Below, piece after piece: positions 1 through 12,990 of a stretch of DNA of 64,000 nucleotides (position 1 is the first letter of the stretch; each line of letters starts with the position of its first letter). The stretch spans positions 137,620,737 to 137,684,736 of the forward strand of contig NC_052160.1 of assembly GCF_902713615.1 (NCBI RefSeq). Direction: 5' to 3'. The translations under genes were made by a program, and so were the position numbers. Origin of the DNA: Scyliorhinus canicula. Its lineage: Eukaryota. The notes under the pieces were generated by a model. It was not told where the DNA came from. It saw only the letters and a program-made list of their open reading frames with translations, and searched no databases.

Positions 1-1544
1 TCTCCACTCTCCGGAGAGTCGGCAGACCGCCGTCTCGGCAGCGTCGCGCAATTCACGCCCGGCCAGACGATTCTCCGGCCTGGGCTGAGAAAATCCCGCC
101 CAGTATCTCATTAATTCCCCTGCCCATACCCCTCAGGGTCATGAACACCTCTATCAAGTCTCTTCTCAGCCTTATTTTCTCCAAGGAAAACAGTCCGAAC
201 TTCTCCAATCCATCCTCATAGCTACAGATCTTAATCCCTGGAATCATTCTTGTGTATCCCCTCTGTACTGCCTCCCATGCCTTCAAAACGTCCTCATGTA
301 TGACGGCGAGAACGGGACACAATCTCAACATGAGACCTAACCACCCAGAAGGTGAAAAATAGTAAAATCTCAGAAATAATAATACTGATCCACTTTGTTT
401 TTCTCTATGCGTAGCGTCTTATACAAGTTCAACATGACGTCCTTACTCTTGTACACAATGCCCCGATAGGATTGCTTATTCTATCTTCTGATAAGACTCA
501 AAAGTCCGGTTGATTGGAGGTGTCCAAAATACAACTTTTATTTGCTAATTATTCACCTTAATACACTTGCAAAAAAACTAAATCAAAATCGTTGATCAAA
601 ATAATACAGAAACTTGTCAGAACATAGCGAAAAGCGTAAAACATAAAGCAGAAGAAAAGTTCAAATAAAATTACGTCAAAACAAATTAAGTCGATAGATC
701 GTTCAAAAATTCATGAAAGCATAAATTTGGACCAACCCCTTAACCACGAGGTCTTTCTCTTAAGGAGATTTCTATCGATGGTCTAATCCCTCATTCACTC
801 TCATTGGTTTCAAATACTCAGCTGAGACCTCCTGGTTTATTCAAATAGATGTTTGTCACTTAGAAGATGATTTATTAATCAAACATTGGTCATTACTTGA
901 GATTTACTAATGTCCATCAAAATTAATTCAGTGTCTACATGCGCACCACTGTACGAGGATAAGATGCTCCCGTCATGGCGAGCTATTAACCTTGCTGTTG
1001 CTAATTATCTGATACATTTTCATTACTAAATGCACTAGAATACAATGGTCTATACATTATACAAAATATTTTATGAAACAATGTCTGAATTTATGCAGGC
1101 ATGGCACCAAAGTTCAAGAGTGTATTCATTATCTGAAACAGTGACTATCATTCTGCAGTTAGGGTGTCTTGAATAATTTTCTTCTCAAGCTATACACTCA
1201 ATCAATCCTTAAAGGCAGCAAATAAATAAATCAATCAATAATTTGTCAGTCTGTATTAATAAAGCCTAAGATCCTATTAGCTTTATTAACATCTCCACAT
1301 GCCCTGCCAGCTTCATATGCATCTCCAGTGATATCCATCTGGGCACCTCCTTTGGAGCTTCTCCCATTGTTTTCTGCTGTCTCTCCATTTTCTTCCTGCC
1401 AAAATGAATCACCTCACACTTCTCTACATTGAACTTCATATGCCACTTGTATGTATAATCCGCCAGCATATCTGTCCCTTTAAAGTTCAAGACTATCCTC
1501 ATCACAGTTGACAAAGGTTCCACTCCACATATTATATTGCTTAA

Positions 1545-1985
1545 CCACACTCAAGAAACGTGGCACCATCCAGGACAAGGCAGCCCACTTTATTGGCACC
1601 CATCCACAAACATTCAGCACTGGCGCAAAGAAGCGCCATGTGTACCATCTACAAGATGCAATGCAGGCACTCACCAAGGTTCCTTAGATCGCACCTTCCA
1701 AACCCACGACCACTACCATCTAGAAGGGCAAGAGCAGCAGATACCTGGGAACCCCACCACCTGGAGGTTCCCCTCCAAGTGATTCACCACCCTGACTTGG
1801 GAAGATATCGCCGTTCCTTCACTGTTGTTGAGTCAAAATCCTGGAACTCCCTTCCTAACAGCACAGTGGGTGTACTTACACCACAGCAGTTCAAGCAGGC
1901 TGCTCACCTCCATCTTCTCAAGAGAAATCAGGGATGGGCAATCAATTCTGATCTACCCAGTAATGTCCATGTCTCGTGAAGGAAT
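1545..1985 (+). mobile_element. CR1-clade LINE 3' fragment (copy B ~25256-25695)
   Basis: LLAPIHKHSALAQRSAMCTIYKMQC...HLPNPRPLPSRRARAAD. The same family occurs at ~21050-21200 (+) and ~51590-52250 (-). Confidence 0.7.
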
Positions 1986-2290
1986 AACTATAAAATTAAT
2001 TACTAATACAGTTTACTTTCATGCTGTGTATTTTATTACTGGGGTTTGGACTGGCACCTTGTGGTCTGCTGAAGTGCGTGGCTGTGTTTACTGTATACAA
2101 GTCCTATTTTACCTGTGTTTATGGGCGGCCCAAGCCCTCCTAGATATGTGCGCAGGCTGGAAAATGGACAAATCTCAGTGCATTCACTATTACGTGTCAC
2201 AATTCCTCGGGACGCTAAAAGGCTAAAAATACTCATCATGGGGTGTAAGCACTTTTATAATGTACTAATGATAGCTTCCTGTTTAACTAG

Positions 2291-2407
2291 AGAAGCTGAA
2301 CTGAACAGTCACCGTTTATGGACTCTATTCCGCTGGCTGCTCTTTGCTGCTCTGGCTGTTTGCACCGTTTCAGTCACATGTTGGACACGATTTGCAAAGA
2401 AATCCAG
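2291..2407 (+). CDS. Gene 1 transmembrane exon (activating-type, Arg in TM); upstream exons lie outside the window
   Basis: tttaactag|A GAA...TCC AG|gtatga, phase 2-2. Encodes EAELNSHRLWTLFRWLLFAALAVCTVSVTCWTRFAKKS. Paralog of 26004-26120. Confidence 0.75.
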
Positions 2408-2930
2408 GTATGATCATTTAAATCTCATGATTCTAATATTCAAGGTGATTTCGTTCAGTTGAAAAGCTCAAGCACTTTGAAAGTTGCCTCAAAATAATAG
2501 GTCAAAGATCCAAAATAAAATACCCACTGCTCATAAACTCCAAGTGAGTGAAGCATTGTCACCATTCCGATGTTATAACGATGGCTTTTACCGTAAGCTT
2601 TATGCCTGTCGACTGCAGTTGGTCTGGAGTTTTTGTTCTCAAATGGAAATCCATGAGAGAGGACAAATCAGAGCAGGCAGATGATACAAAAACATTCACA
2701 TACATTGATCACTGACTGATTACAGAACATAACTGCAGTGATATCACGGTAGTGTTGCAATTCACTGACGGACCACTAAGAGTCTCACTCGTATATAGGT
2801 GAATTCAGCTGACCAGACATTGGCTGGAGGAAGGAAAAGAGGGAGCTTGCATGTGACATGATTTTGCTGTTGTTCATCTGCTGTCTTGTATAGTTTATCC
2901 GTTTCTAACTTTAACTACAAGTGTTCTTGT

Positions 2931-2936
2931 AATAAA
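2931..2936 (+). terminator. Candidate polyadenylation signal for the activating-type genes (copy B equivalent 26643-26648)
   Basis: AATAAA about 520 bp after the TM exon, present in both copies. Confidence 0.3.
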
Positions 2937-5301
2937 TTAGACCATCCAACAAGAACATTACAACAACTACCTGATGATATGGGCTGAATTTTAACGATCA
3001 ACAGGGAGAGAAATGGAGGTAAAACCCTGGGAAGCAGAATCAGATCAGCTCCTCGACACAGTCCTCCCATCGGGGTAATTTACTGGCCGTGGGGGGGGGG
3101 GGGGGGGAGTGGGCAGGCTAATTGCCCCATGGAGACAGACAGACGATTTACAGATGTCAAGGCGCCTTTTTTTAAGTATTAATTTGTGGGATGTGGGCGT
3201 TGCTGGGTGGACCAGCAGCAAGGCCCATTTTACAGGGCTGTCTACATTTAGCCAACAACGTGGCAACTCCCTGTCACATGTGGTGGAGGCACCAGCTAAA
3301 TGGAGTCAACCTCTGAGCGACAGCCCAGCTGAGGGGAGGTTTTAAGCAGCAAATAGAGAGCCCTGGGGGCAGACAGGCCTTGGGGCCTCAACAAACCTGT
3401 AGAGATCAGGTCTCCCTTCTGCCTCTGGAGACAACACCACTCCCGGTGTTCCTGCTGAGTTACTGACCCTCTGGCTGAGTCGACAGTTCTGTGGGCAGAC
3501 GGCCATCCATAATAGGCGGCTACCCACAAAATTTAACTGGCAGACTCTCCGCCCACTCGTGGTGACGCACATTCCCTCCCAATGTCGGGGCTGCCGCGCT
3601 CATGGAGGTGAAACCTGCCTTATGTAACCGCTTGACCCAGTCACAACCCACGTGAGTGCAGCACAAGGTCAAGTGTGGAAAACTGATCAGCTTTTGGTCA
3701 TTTACCCAATATCTCCTTCTGTGGCTCAGTGTTGTTGTCGACACTTTACTACATTAAAGGAGATATAAAAGTGCAGGTTGCCATTGATGCTGTAGATATT
3801 GTGTCACCGACAGAATTACCATTTCCAGTTAGTGCCTGTGGTCCGTGTACTTTGTCTGAAAGTATGCTCTAGTTCCTGACCATCGATGTGTGTATCCCAC
3901 TTAAATGATTCTACCAGAAAGCTGCTGTGAATTGTAAAATAAAGAATGTAATTTATTCTCATCCATGCCATTCTCATTCCAAAATAGGTGCAAATAAATA
4001 TATCGGGTCAAACCTGTAGGGGAGCTGATGGGCCGCACACTGTTGTCCACTCTGGAATTGACCCTCGGTCATGACGATACCAGGTCACCCCCTCACCAAC
4101 AGCAGACAGGCATGAAGGTGACCCGACTCCCCCCCCCCCCCCCCCAACCCCCCCACCAGCTCCCTCATCAAAACCACCCATCAAATCCCCCAACAAACCC
4201 CCGATCAGAGGTTCCTGTCAGTCACTCGTGCCTGAAAGTTGAAGAGAAGTCCAGGAAGTAGAGCAAAAATCACTGCATTTTCACTTCCCCTTCCCTAACA
4301 CCTGCTGCCTCAGGCAATAATGTTTAACACAGCAGCTTTGCCAGAGGCTTCCTTGAAGACCAAGTACACTGAAAAGGCTTCAAATCCCTCGATAAGCTTT
4401 GAAATGCAAATCTTCCATTCAATTCCACGCAACAATACATTTCATTAGCCAGTGATGACAGTTTTAATACTCCAGAGACACTTGCTAGGTGGATTGTTTA
4501 TCTTTCTTTCCCTTCAGACTTGACTGCATCTCAAATAGCCTGTTGTGATGCTAACCACAATGTTTATAAACACTCTTGCCATGATTGACAGATTCTCATC
4601 ACATCAAAAGCAGCTACGTGCTTTCTGCTGTGGGGGCAAGCTCTTCCCCATGCATAAATTAGCATGGGTAAGGAGAGAGACTCACATTCCGGGCGCTGCT
4701 CCTAACGCCAGCAGAGACCAGTAGCGATTCTCCACTGGCAAGAGCATCTATGATCCATAGTGGAGAATGCTGACCTTCATCTTAAATCAATGCCTACGTT
4801 CAAAGGCAAATATGAAACAGGGGATGGGAGAAGCATCAACAGCGTTCCTGGATCAGGCACAGTGTGTTGCATTGTTCAACCTGGGACCCAGTGCCATGGG
4901 CACCAATTGCAAAATAGAAAGTTCCCCAAACCCCAGGTAAGTTGAACAATATCAGAGTTAGACGTTATGGCAGACCAATCTCACCATTTGGATCAGAATA
5001 TTGCCATCCACCATCTCCCCTGCGTATTATTGCCTGGTAGCCCTTCACGTGAAACACTTTTGAAAGAAGGACAATCAATTCATTTTCTACAGGTCAGTTG
5101 CTTAAATTAATTTCTTATTCAGTTCCCCAGGACAGCAAATGAAGGGTTAAACGTAAACATCAACCACAGAACACGAATGGATCAGAGCGGCACTCGAAGA
5201 CTGGCCAGAGGATCAGAGCCTAATGTCCAGAACATTTTCACTTGCTTTTAGAAGTTACGCTCCAATGTTATTTCATACTTGATTATAATTTGAAATTTCT
5301 C

Positions 5302-5524
5302 TGTATTAGAGAACGCGCCCTGCTGGTGGAACATCATCTGATCTATAGTGATGTCAGCAGAGTGTTTGTGTGGTCTTCAGTTCTCCATCTTAGATTGTAT
5401 GAGTAACATCTCCTAATAAACCTCGCATCTTGTTTGTCAGAAATCCATGCCTGCGGCACCTCCAAACCTTTTCTCTTTGCAGAAAATTGAGAACATAATA
5501 AAAGCAAAAACTGGCGACGAGGAT
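5302..5524 (+). mobile_element. Gypsy-type 5' LTR remnant with tRNA-Ser primer-binding site (copy B PBS 29222-29234)
   Basis: Starts TGT, contains AATAAA, and is followed by TGGCGACGAGGAT at 5512-5524, complementary to the 3' end (...ATCCTCGTCG-CCA) of vertebrate tRNA-Ser(GCU). Confidence 0.6.
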
Positions 5525-5691
5525 TGAGGCAAGAAACAATACCTGCCGAGGGACTGAAATCGCCGGCGCAAAAAGAGGAGGCGGCGACTAGAGCGGTGGA
5601 GGAGATTCTGCGGACTGGACGTTGAAGTCGATCGTAAGAAAGGGCACTGATGCAGGAGGTTTAAATAAGAATAAAACAAAGATATCCGTGA

Positions 5692-5960
5692 TGTGTTGTT
5701 CCTTGTCACTGAATAAAGCTCGTAGTCTTAAAGTTGTGGTAGATGCTTATTGTGAGTTTGTTCTCTCTCCAGCGCTTAAACTATGTTATATCTGAGCTGC
5801 CTGTCTGTGTTCTGCTCCCAGCTGCAGTTCCTGTGAAGTGACCCCTAACTTCCTGTCTGTCTCTATTTATACCTCTCCCGTGCTCCCTCTAGTGCTTGCT
5901 CAGTTGTATTGCATCTACATTGCCCCCTCGTATATTTACACAGATATACAGATCACTACA
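5692..5960 (-). mobile_element. Solo LTR (copy B 29402-29671)
   Basis: TGT...ACA termini, flanks CGTGA/CGGGA (5-bp TSD with one mismatch), TATAAA on the minus strand. Confidence 0.7.
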
Positions 5961-6341
5961 CGGGAGTTGGCAGAACAAAAGTTTCGAAATGTTTTCTTGC
6001 CGCCGGATGCCAATGGATTCTAGGTCAGTGTTTCTAGGCCATATTGGTCTGCTGCGGGAAGGATGCAAGTGTGGCTCGACCGCCGACGCTTCTGCGAAAT
6101 CACCCTTGCATCATGCCTCCCGACAAGGCCGATCTTTTCTCTCCGTGACTGCTAGGCTCCCTCTGCAGCTGCCAATTGAATGCTGCATTCGAAATCCGTT
6201 CTCTTCCCAACAGCTGCCGGGCACGTGCCCACCCAGTTAGCAGAGCACCAATCGCTCGGGCCAAGACAAGGGAGGCCATTTTCAGCTCATACAATGCACC
6301 GGTTGTGAGGTCTTTGCTGGGCGCTGTGGAGAAGGCCAACA

Positions 6342-6570
6342 AAATTATTTTTCTTTCAATATAAATTTAGAGTATCCAATTCATTTTTTTCCAATTAGCG
6401 TGACCAATCCACCTACCCTGCACATCTTTTGGGTTGTGGGGGCGAACCCCACGCAAACACGGGGAGAATGTGCAAACTCCACACGGACAGTGACCCAGAG
6501 CCGGGATCGATCCTGGGACCTCGGCGCCGTGAGGCAGCAGGGCTAACCCACCGCGCCACCCAGGGATAAT
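6342..6570 (-). mobile_element. HE1-like SINE (copy B ~30053-30272)
   Basis: Reverse complement of the 20679 family (GGGAGAATGTGCAAACTCCACACGGACAGTGACCC). Confidence 0.8.
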
Positions 6571-7260
6571 CCACTGTGCTGCCTAGGAGAAGGCCAAAAA
6601 CAAGGCCTTGCCAAATGTTTGGTCACTGGCTGCCATTAACGTGATGTCGGGCAAGGCAGCCAAATCCTCAATGTGAAATGTACCCAGAGAGAAGCTGCAG
6701 CTGCTCCTGTATTCCCTGGGAGTCTCTGTCTGTTATGTTTACTCTGGGACTTTACAGGAAGCGATGTAACTACTCAGAGCCCAAGACACAGAGCAGGCGG
6801 TGAATTGATTTGAAAGGAATACTTTTGTGTCTATGAAATGGCCCATTCTTTGAACATATACAAAATGTCACACCCCCCAAGGATTAATGATTTATTGAGA
6901 CAGAATGCATAGCTTAATTAAAGTACACTCAACGATATATAATAGAAAAATGTTGAGGAAATATATACACCTGTATTTATCTCACGGCGACCGGCGATTC
7001 TCCGGCCCGGATGGGCCGAGCGGCCTACCGAGCCCAACCGGTTCACGACGGCGCCAACCAAATCTGGTCACTGCCGGCGTGAACAGCGTGCGACCGGTGA
7101 GTGTGGGGCCTGTGGGGGATGGAGGGAGGATCGAGCACCACGGGCGTGCTCAGCAGATGTCTGGCCCGCGATCGGTGCCCACCGATCGTCGGGCTGGCGT
7201 CGCTAAAAGACGCAATCTTTTCCCTCCGCCGCCCCGCAAGATCAAGCCGCCATGGAAAAC

Positions 7261-7830
7261 TGTGAGACAGGGGTACAGCGCCCCAGGAATGATGAACCTG
7301 ACCAAATGGTATTTTTTAATGTTAAAACAAACTTTAATTTAAACACAGAATTAATCACATTGACATCAAATAAATAGCTTTACAATTAACAGTTAAACAG
7401 TTCTAAATGAAAGGAAAAACCTTAACTCGCTCAGTACACCTGCTTCTGTACATATTCCAACTAAGCAACCCAATGCAGGTCAAAATCCACTCAGAAGTAA
7501 AGTTAGCAATCAGGGTTGCTTGTTGTTGTCTGGACTTGTTGGCCAGACCTTTGGAGAGAGACCCTTTCAGGAACAACCTGAATCTGTCTTGTCAGATTCA
7601 AATCCTATAGCAAAACCATAGACACACAGGCCCCTCTTATTAATTATATCCCACTAAGATGTCCCATGACCTGCTTAGATGTCCCATGACCTGCTTAGCT
7701 GGGACTAAACAAAATCCCTCAAATTATCTACACTCCAGGGAACCTCCAGCAATTAAAATAATGTTCAATCCACCATCTCCCTGTAAACAAGTAAATGGTT
7801 AAAATCAAAGAATTCTTCAAATTTACTACA
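7261..7830. mobile_element. Probable solo LTR (copy B 30977-31525)
   Basis: TGT...ACA termini and LTR-like composition, but no clear TSD. Copy A has a 20-bp tandem duplication at 7657-7696. Confidence 0.45.
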
Positions 7831-8429
7831 CCTTAATTACCGCTTTGGTAGACACAATGCCTGTCAATATTGTAAACCAGGGTTTTTAATATCATTATTG
7901 CCACAAATTTAAAATAATACGTTGATCAAACTATTATAATTTTCGCTGGAATTATTGTTACACTGAATATAAGGGCTTTGAATTAAAGTGAAGTTCAGTC
8001 CGAATGCGGATTTAAACTGATCTCCCAGAATGAATGGTCGTACAATGGGCAAAACGCTTTGCTGCAGATTGCTGAATTGTGGCACAGTTTATGCCCCCTC
8101 CCCTAGTATGTGACTGGCCACAGTCGGTTCGCTACTACAATGTGGGGTGTTTATAAGCAATCAATTTGGCTGAAAAAAAAAGTGTTTGTGCTGTGGAATT
8201 ATATTTCTCATTGAAGTGTGCCATTTTGCTGGACAGGTTGGGAAGCACTGGTCTGGGCTGCAGGAACCACACGCCTGGCGGAATGAAACGGGCTGTGGGA
8301 TTAGGGATTCAAAAGTCTTTCCGATTCTGTGCATGTCACTAAGCCAATAAGGCAAACCAGAGTCCAGGCAAAAGAGACATTTTTATGTTGCATTGTGGAT
8401 CAGGAGACCTCTTGTTTCACACATGATAA

Positions 8430-9590
8430 AAAAACGGAAGGGAGGAAAGTTGATCGAAGTATATTCCCGAGGCGCCGGTATCTGGAATTGCGGGAAATGG
8501 TGGCACCGTGGATACATTTGATGATGACGGTGAGTGTTGGAACTTGCATCGAGAGAGCTTTCCACTTGTCCTCCTAGCGACTCAAACATCTGTGAACCTC
8601 AAAGATTGCAATATTTCTCAGTTCGGTAAGGTGTAAAACTTTTATGCTGTTGTAAACCTTGGTCCACCCAGCAAAGCTGGGAGAGAAGACCTACAACAAA
8701 TGGATGAAAATTCTAGAAGGGCATTTCTGACCGTGACCACTTATAATTACAGGAAGGTTTCGTTTCCAGTCAGGAAGAAGGTTACAATTCTTGGTGACCT
8801 TAAGAAAGTGAACAAAATGCAAAGAGTTTGGTACTACAATTGACGACACCCTTTGGGACAGGCTGGTATGAGTCCTCCACAACAAAGCTGTTCAGAGGAA
8901 GCTGCTTACTGTCAGAGATTTAACTCTCAAATCAGCTGGAGAAATTGCCACGTCAATGAAGCTCGCAGCAAAAGCCGATTCACAGATAGGAGCTGGAGCG
9001 AAGATGCACAAAATGGAGGCCGCCAAAAACAAGTCTGCAAGGGTTCGACCGTGTCATCGACGAGCAGAAAGTTGGACACTCAATGGGGAAATGCTGGAGA
9101 ACAGAAAATAAGTGCATAAGTGCTGTGGTAAAAAGGGTCATGTTGCCAAAGTGTGCTGGGCACGGCAAACCTCACCAACACTTAAGATGTGTAAGAGAAA
9201 AAATATATCTCAACCTACTCGTCGAGTTTACATGTTAATAAACTAAGTTCGAGACCCCTCAGGGGATGATTTGTCAGGACAGGGTGATTAACAATGTCTT
9301 TGGGGACTCCCAAAACTAGATGGTAACCAAATCAAACTGGAAACATATATGGGTGCAGCTGTATCATTGATACCAGAGACTATTTATAATCAGAAGTTCG
9401 AGCACCTGCCATTAATACCATTAAATGTTAACCTATACACACAGAGGTCAGACCACTAAAAGGCTATATTACAGTAAAATGGAAGTAAATGAAACAGCGG
9501 TGTCGCCTCTCCACGTTGTCCGTGGAAGCTTTCCTTTTTTATCTGGTAGCGCACGGTTGGGAAACATTGGGCTGGATTCTCCGATTGAGA
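8430..9590 (+). mobile_element. Degenerate Ty3/Gypsy gag-protease fragment, copy A
   Basis: Broken frames give TL(W)DRLV..LHN...QRKLLT (gag), a CCHC knuckle C..CGKKGHVAKVC at ~9115-9155 and a decayed aspartic protease ..GAAVSLIPE at ~9350-9380. Confidence 0.8.
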
Positions 9591-9599
9591 GAATAACCG

Positions 9600-12500
9600 C
9601 TGACTCTGTGGCTGGAAGGTCCAGGGTCCCGATGGCGGCATCGGTCCCAAAGCAATTCAGGACAGCACTCGCGGCACGTGGAACCAGTGTGATTCCATCT
9701 GCCGCCGGCGCTGGATTTGCTGCAGTCAGGATTGGTACCGGAGAGGCTGACAAGCTGGAGCTGCGGATAAGAGCTCCACTCCCCACACACTCTCATTCCA
9801 GCCAAGAAACTGGCTCCCCAGAGAGCGGCCCCGGGATTCACAGATGCAGAGTTGGAGGTATTGCCAGATGCTGTGGAGGAGACACAGGAACCCTGTTCCC
9901 CGGAGTTGGATGGAGGTTACTACCCGCCGTGTTAACTGGGCCTGGCCGCAGGTGGCAGGAGAGCCGTGGGCCCCACCGCGAGGGCCGGTTAGCAGTGCCG
10001 GGCAAAGCTGCACAAACTCCTCAGGGTGGCCCAGGTGAGTCACCGCCTCCTGCCCCTGGCGCCACTCCTGCCCCACCCACCCCACACCCATCCCCACAAC
10101 CACCCCCCACCCCCATCATGCCAACACCCATCCGACTCACCATGGGGTGTGCCCCGCACACACAGGTCACCATCTGCAGACCCCGTGCACTGCCCATGTC
10201 CGAGTGTCTTACACTGCGCATAATCTGTCCCCCAGGATAAGGTGGTCCATAACCGCAGGGAGGCAGAATAGACTGGGGAAGGGGGGGGGGGGGGTCTGCC
10301 GGACATGCGGCCCCTCACCATCGTGGGGCAGAGGGTGTCGGACCTGTTTGGCGGGGTGAGGAAGCGGGTAGTCGCAGAAGCGGAAGTCGGCATGAGATAC
10401 CCCCATTTCGTTACGATGTGCCTATGGCACATGAGTCACCCCTCACTGCCCCCCCCACACCGCGCCTCTCCGCAATTTCACCGTACGTTTTGCACTGTGT
10501 CCTGCAGGGTCACCACCAGACCAGGCGGAATCGGCCTGTGTCCCCGCTCCCAGCTACAACCCCACGACTCACCAGGCCATGAGACGGGACACCGCTCCCC
10601 ACCCGCCCCCCCTCCGCCGCAATCCCACATCACTCCGTGGCACATGTCCAGGGACGGCACCGACATCTGGTCACACCTGTCAGCGGCACCCTCCACCACC
10701 CAGAGACACTCAGTTGGAAGAGGCTCCTGGGACACTATCTGTTGAGCAGCAGGCACATGCAGCGATGCATCAGGTGGAGGTGGGAACGCGCGAGGGGTCG
10801 GACGGTCGGAGGACAGCCCGACCCCAGGGACCAGCTGCCGTCCAGAAGGGTCGGGTACTTCTGCACGGAGTGGTCCCATCAATGCTGGAGATGCAGACTC
10901 AGAGCCGGGGACTACGGGAGGGGGTGCCAGCAAACATCCAGCACCTGCAGGTGCAGTTGGAGGAGTACAGCCCCCTGCAGGAGGCGGTGCCGACCATGTT
11001 TGCTACCCAGGCCAACACCGCATGGGTGGCATCCATGTGGAGGACATGGGTGTAAAGGTATAAAACATGGGTCAGGATATCCAAGGCATGGGGCATCTTG
11101 TGCGGGCAGTGGCTGAGGCACAGGTCAGGGTGGCCATGTGTCAGGGCCACATGGACATTGCTGCGGCATGCCAGAGCACGGCCCTACACAACAGGCTCTG
11201 GCTGCGGGAGTCAAAAGCATTGGCCTGTTCCTGGATGATCAGAGCCAGACATAAAGGAACCTGGCACAGTCCCTGAGTGAGATGGCCCAGTCCCAGAGGG
11301 ACGTGGCGTAGTCCCTGTGCTCCATGGACGCGAGTATTGAGACCCTGGTCGGTATGAGTGCAGACCTCCAGGACTGGCAGTGCCAGGTGATGGCAGAGCT
11401 CCCGGAGCTCGCTCTGGTCACACCCCCATCCCAAAGAGCAGCGCAGGGGCCATCAGGGACCCTGAGGGTGGAGGAGGTGATAGGGCACTGGGAGTGCCAG
11501 TGTGCCAGGGAGAATGTAGCAATTGCCACGGTGCATACATCTGCTATTCCTGTTCAGACTGTGCTCTGCCCCTCCCCCCGCGTCTCCCCCTGCAGATGAG
11601 CAGTTCTTTGGAAGGGTGTACTGAGTGATGCCATCACCTGGAGGGTCACTGGCTAAGCTGGGCCATGCACGCCCTGTACATGGGTTGCCAAGAATCTGGG
11701 GGTGCCTAGTGGGATGGCTTGAAGGGGGGCAGGGCCCCCATATAGCCGTTGGTGCTCTGCACATTGACGGTCATGGTGGGCAGTCAGCGAATTGCCCAGC
11801 CAGATGGCCACAGCAATGGTGGTGCGTGCCCGTGTCGTATTCAATATTTTCCCCGCTTCGGGACTGTGATAGAGAAATTCAAACAACATTCATTACGTAA
11901 GCAAAACTGAACTTTATTTACGAATTAGAACTGACTGCTAGCAGTATGGCTGAGACTTGAAGTCGGAAGGCAGTCAAATACAAACTGCTTGGTCCGTCCC
12001 AAGTCTGCGATATTACAGAAGAATAAGGCGATTTGTATACATTATAGGATCAAGATAACATGAATACAGCTTGGTCAGGAATTTGATCGAAAGTAAAACA
12101 TAAATAATACTCGTTACAATGGCGTCTCCTTGTTGACCTTTAGAGGACTCGGGTCTCATGTCATTATCTTGTCTTTGTTTTAAGCGATGGACAAATTTGT
12201 TTACGTACAGGAAGAGACAGTTTTTTAGCTTATCGAATATATTTAGACTCCTCTGGTCTCATGACGAACGCGTCTTATCTGAGTTTTAGAGTCAGCCAGT
12301 TCTCAGGTCAAGTTGACCTCAGCTGTTTGTATCTGTGCCTTAGGTTATGTGAAGTCAGTTTAAATTCAATTGTACCAAGAAGACTTGACAAGTTTTCCCA
12401 TCATGCCATTATTTGCTTCGCACAATACCACACTCGGACAAACCGGACTTGGGAGGACATTCCCGGACCTCGGGCCATCTCCTGGTCACACCCCCCAATA

Positions 12501-12990
12501 CTCCCCCTGCCCTCAGCCAGCGGCACTGCTATCAGCCCAGGGTTTGGGCCTCTAGAAACATGTCTTACCTCCTCTCTCACCCTCAGCAGCCACGCGCCCG
12601 GTTCCCGTTTTTAAATACCACAAGTGAACCGCGATGGCGTCACTTCCGCCAGACGAAGGTAGAGCACCGCGGAAGGCCAGAGACACCAGCGAATCCTCGC
12701 GACACACGCCATGTTCGCTTACCTCTAATGTGAAAGGGGCACTGGTTAGGAGCTCACTATCTCACTTGAATCAGGTTTAATGGAGAAGATGGCGATGCAG
12801 GAACTGGCAGAGTTCAGCCAGTTCTTTCGTGCCGTTTCCACCTTCATGAAAACGTAATATCCAACCTCGCACGTGTAGATCATCGTGGAGGGCAATAGCA
12901 ACAAAACGCTCATTTTACTCAGCACTCAGATTCAGCCAACCAGCAGGAAATGCTCCCCGCACAACAGGGTGCCAGTTTGGAAGGCTGCCC
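9600..12990 (+). mobile_element. Degenerate Harbinger-like element carrying a Myb/SANT-like ORF exon (9809-10034); copy B ~33290-35720
   Basis: Frameshifted RAAPGFTDAELEVL.DAVEE..TLFP...AWPQVA...R.GQQCRAKLHKLLR followed by a gtgagt donor. This resembles the Myb/SANT partner protein of PIF/Harbinger transposons. Boundaries are approximate. Confidence 0.6.
11833..12432 (-). mobile_element. Solo LTR present only in copy A
   Basis: 600 bp with inverted termini TGTCGTATT...AATACCACA and flanks CCCG/CTCG. Empty site GTGCCCGGACAA at ~35533-35544 in copy B. Confidence 0.88.

Noticed and set aside
9425-10240. 271-aa ORF as a host gene
   Set aside because: Chance read-through from Gypsy protease into Harbinger-like sequence; it is broken in copy B.
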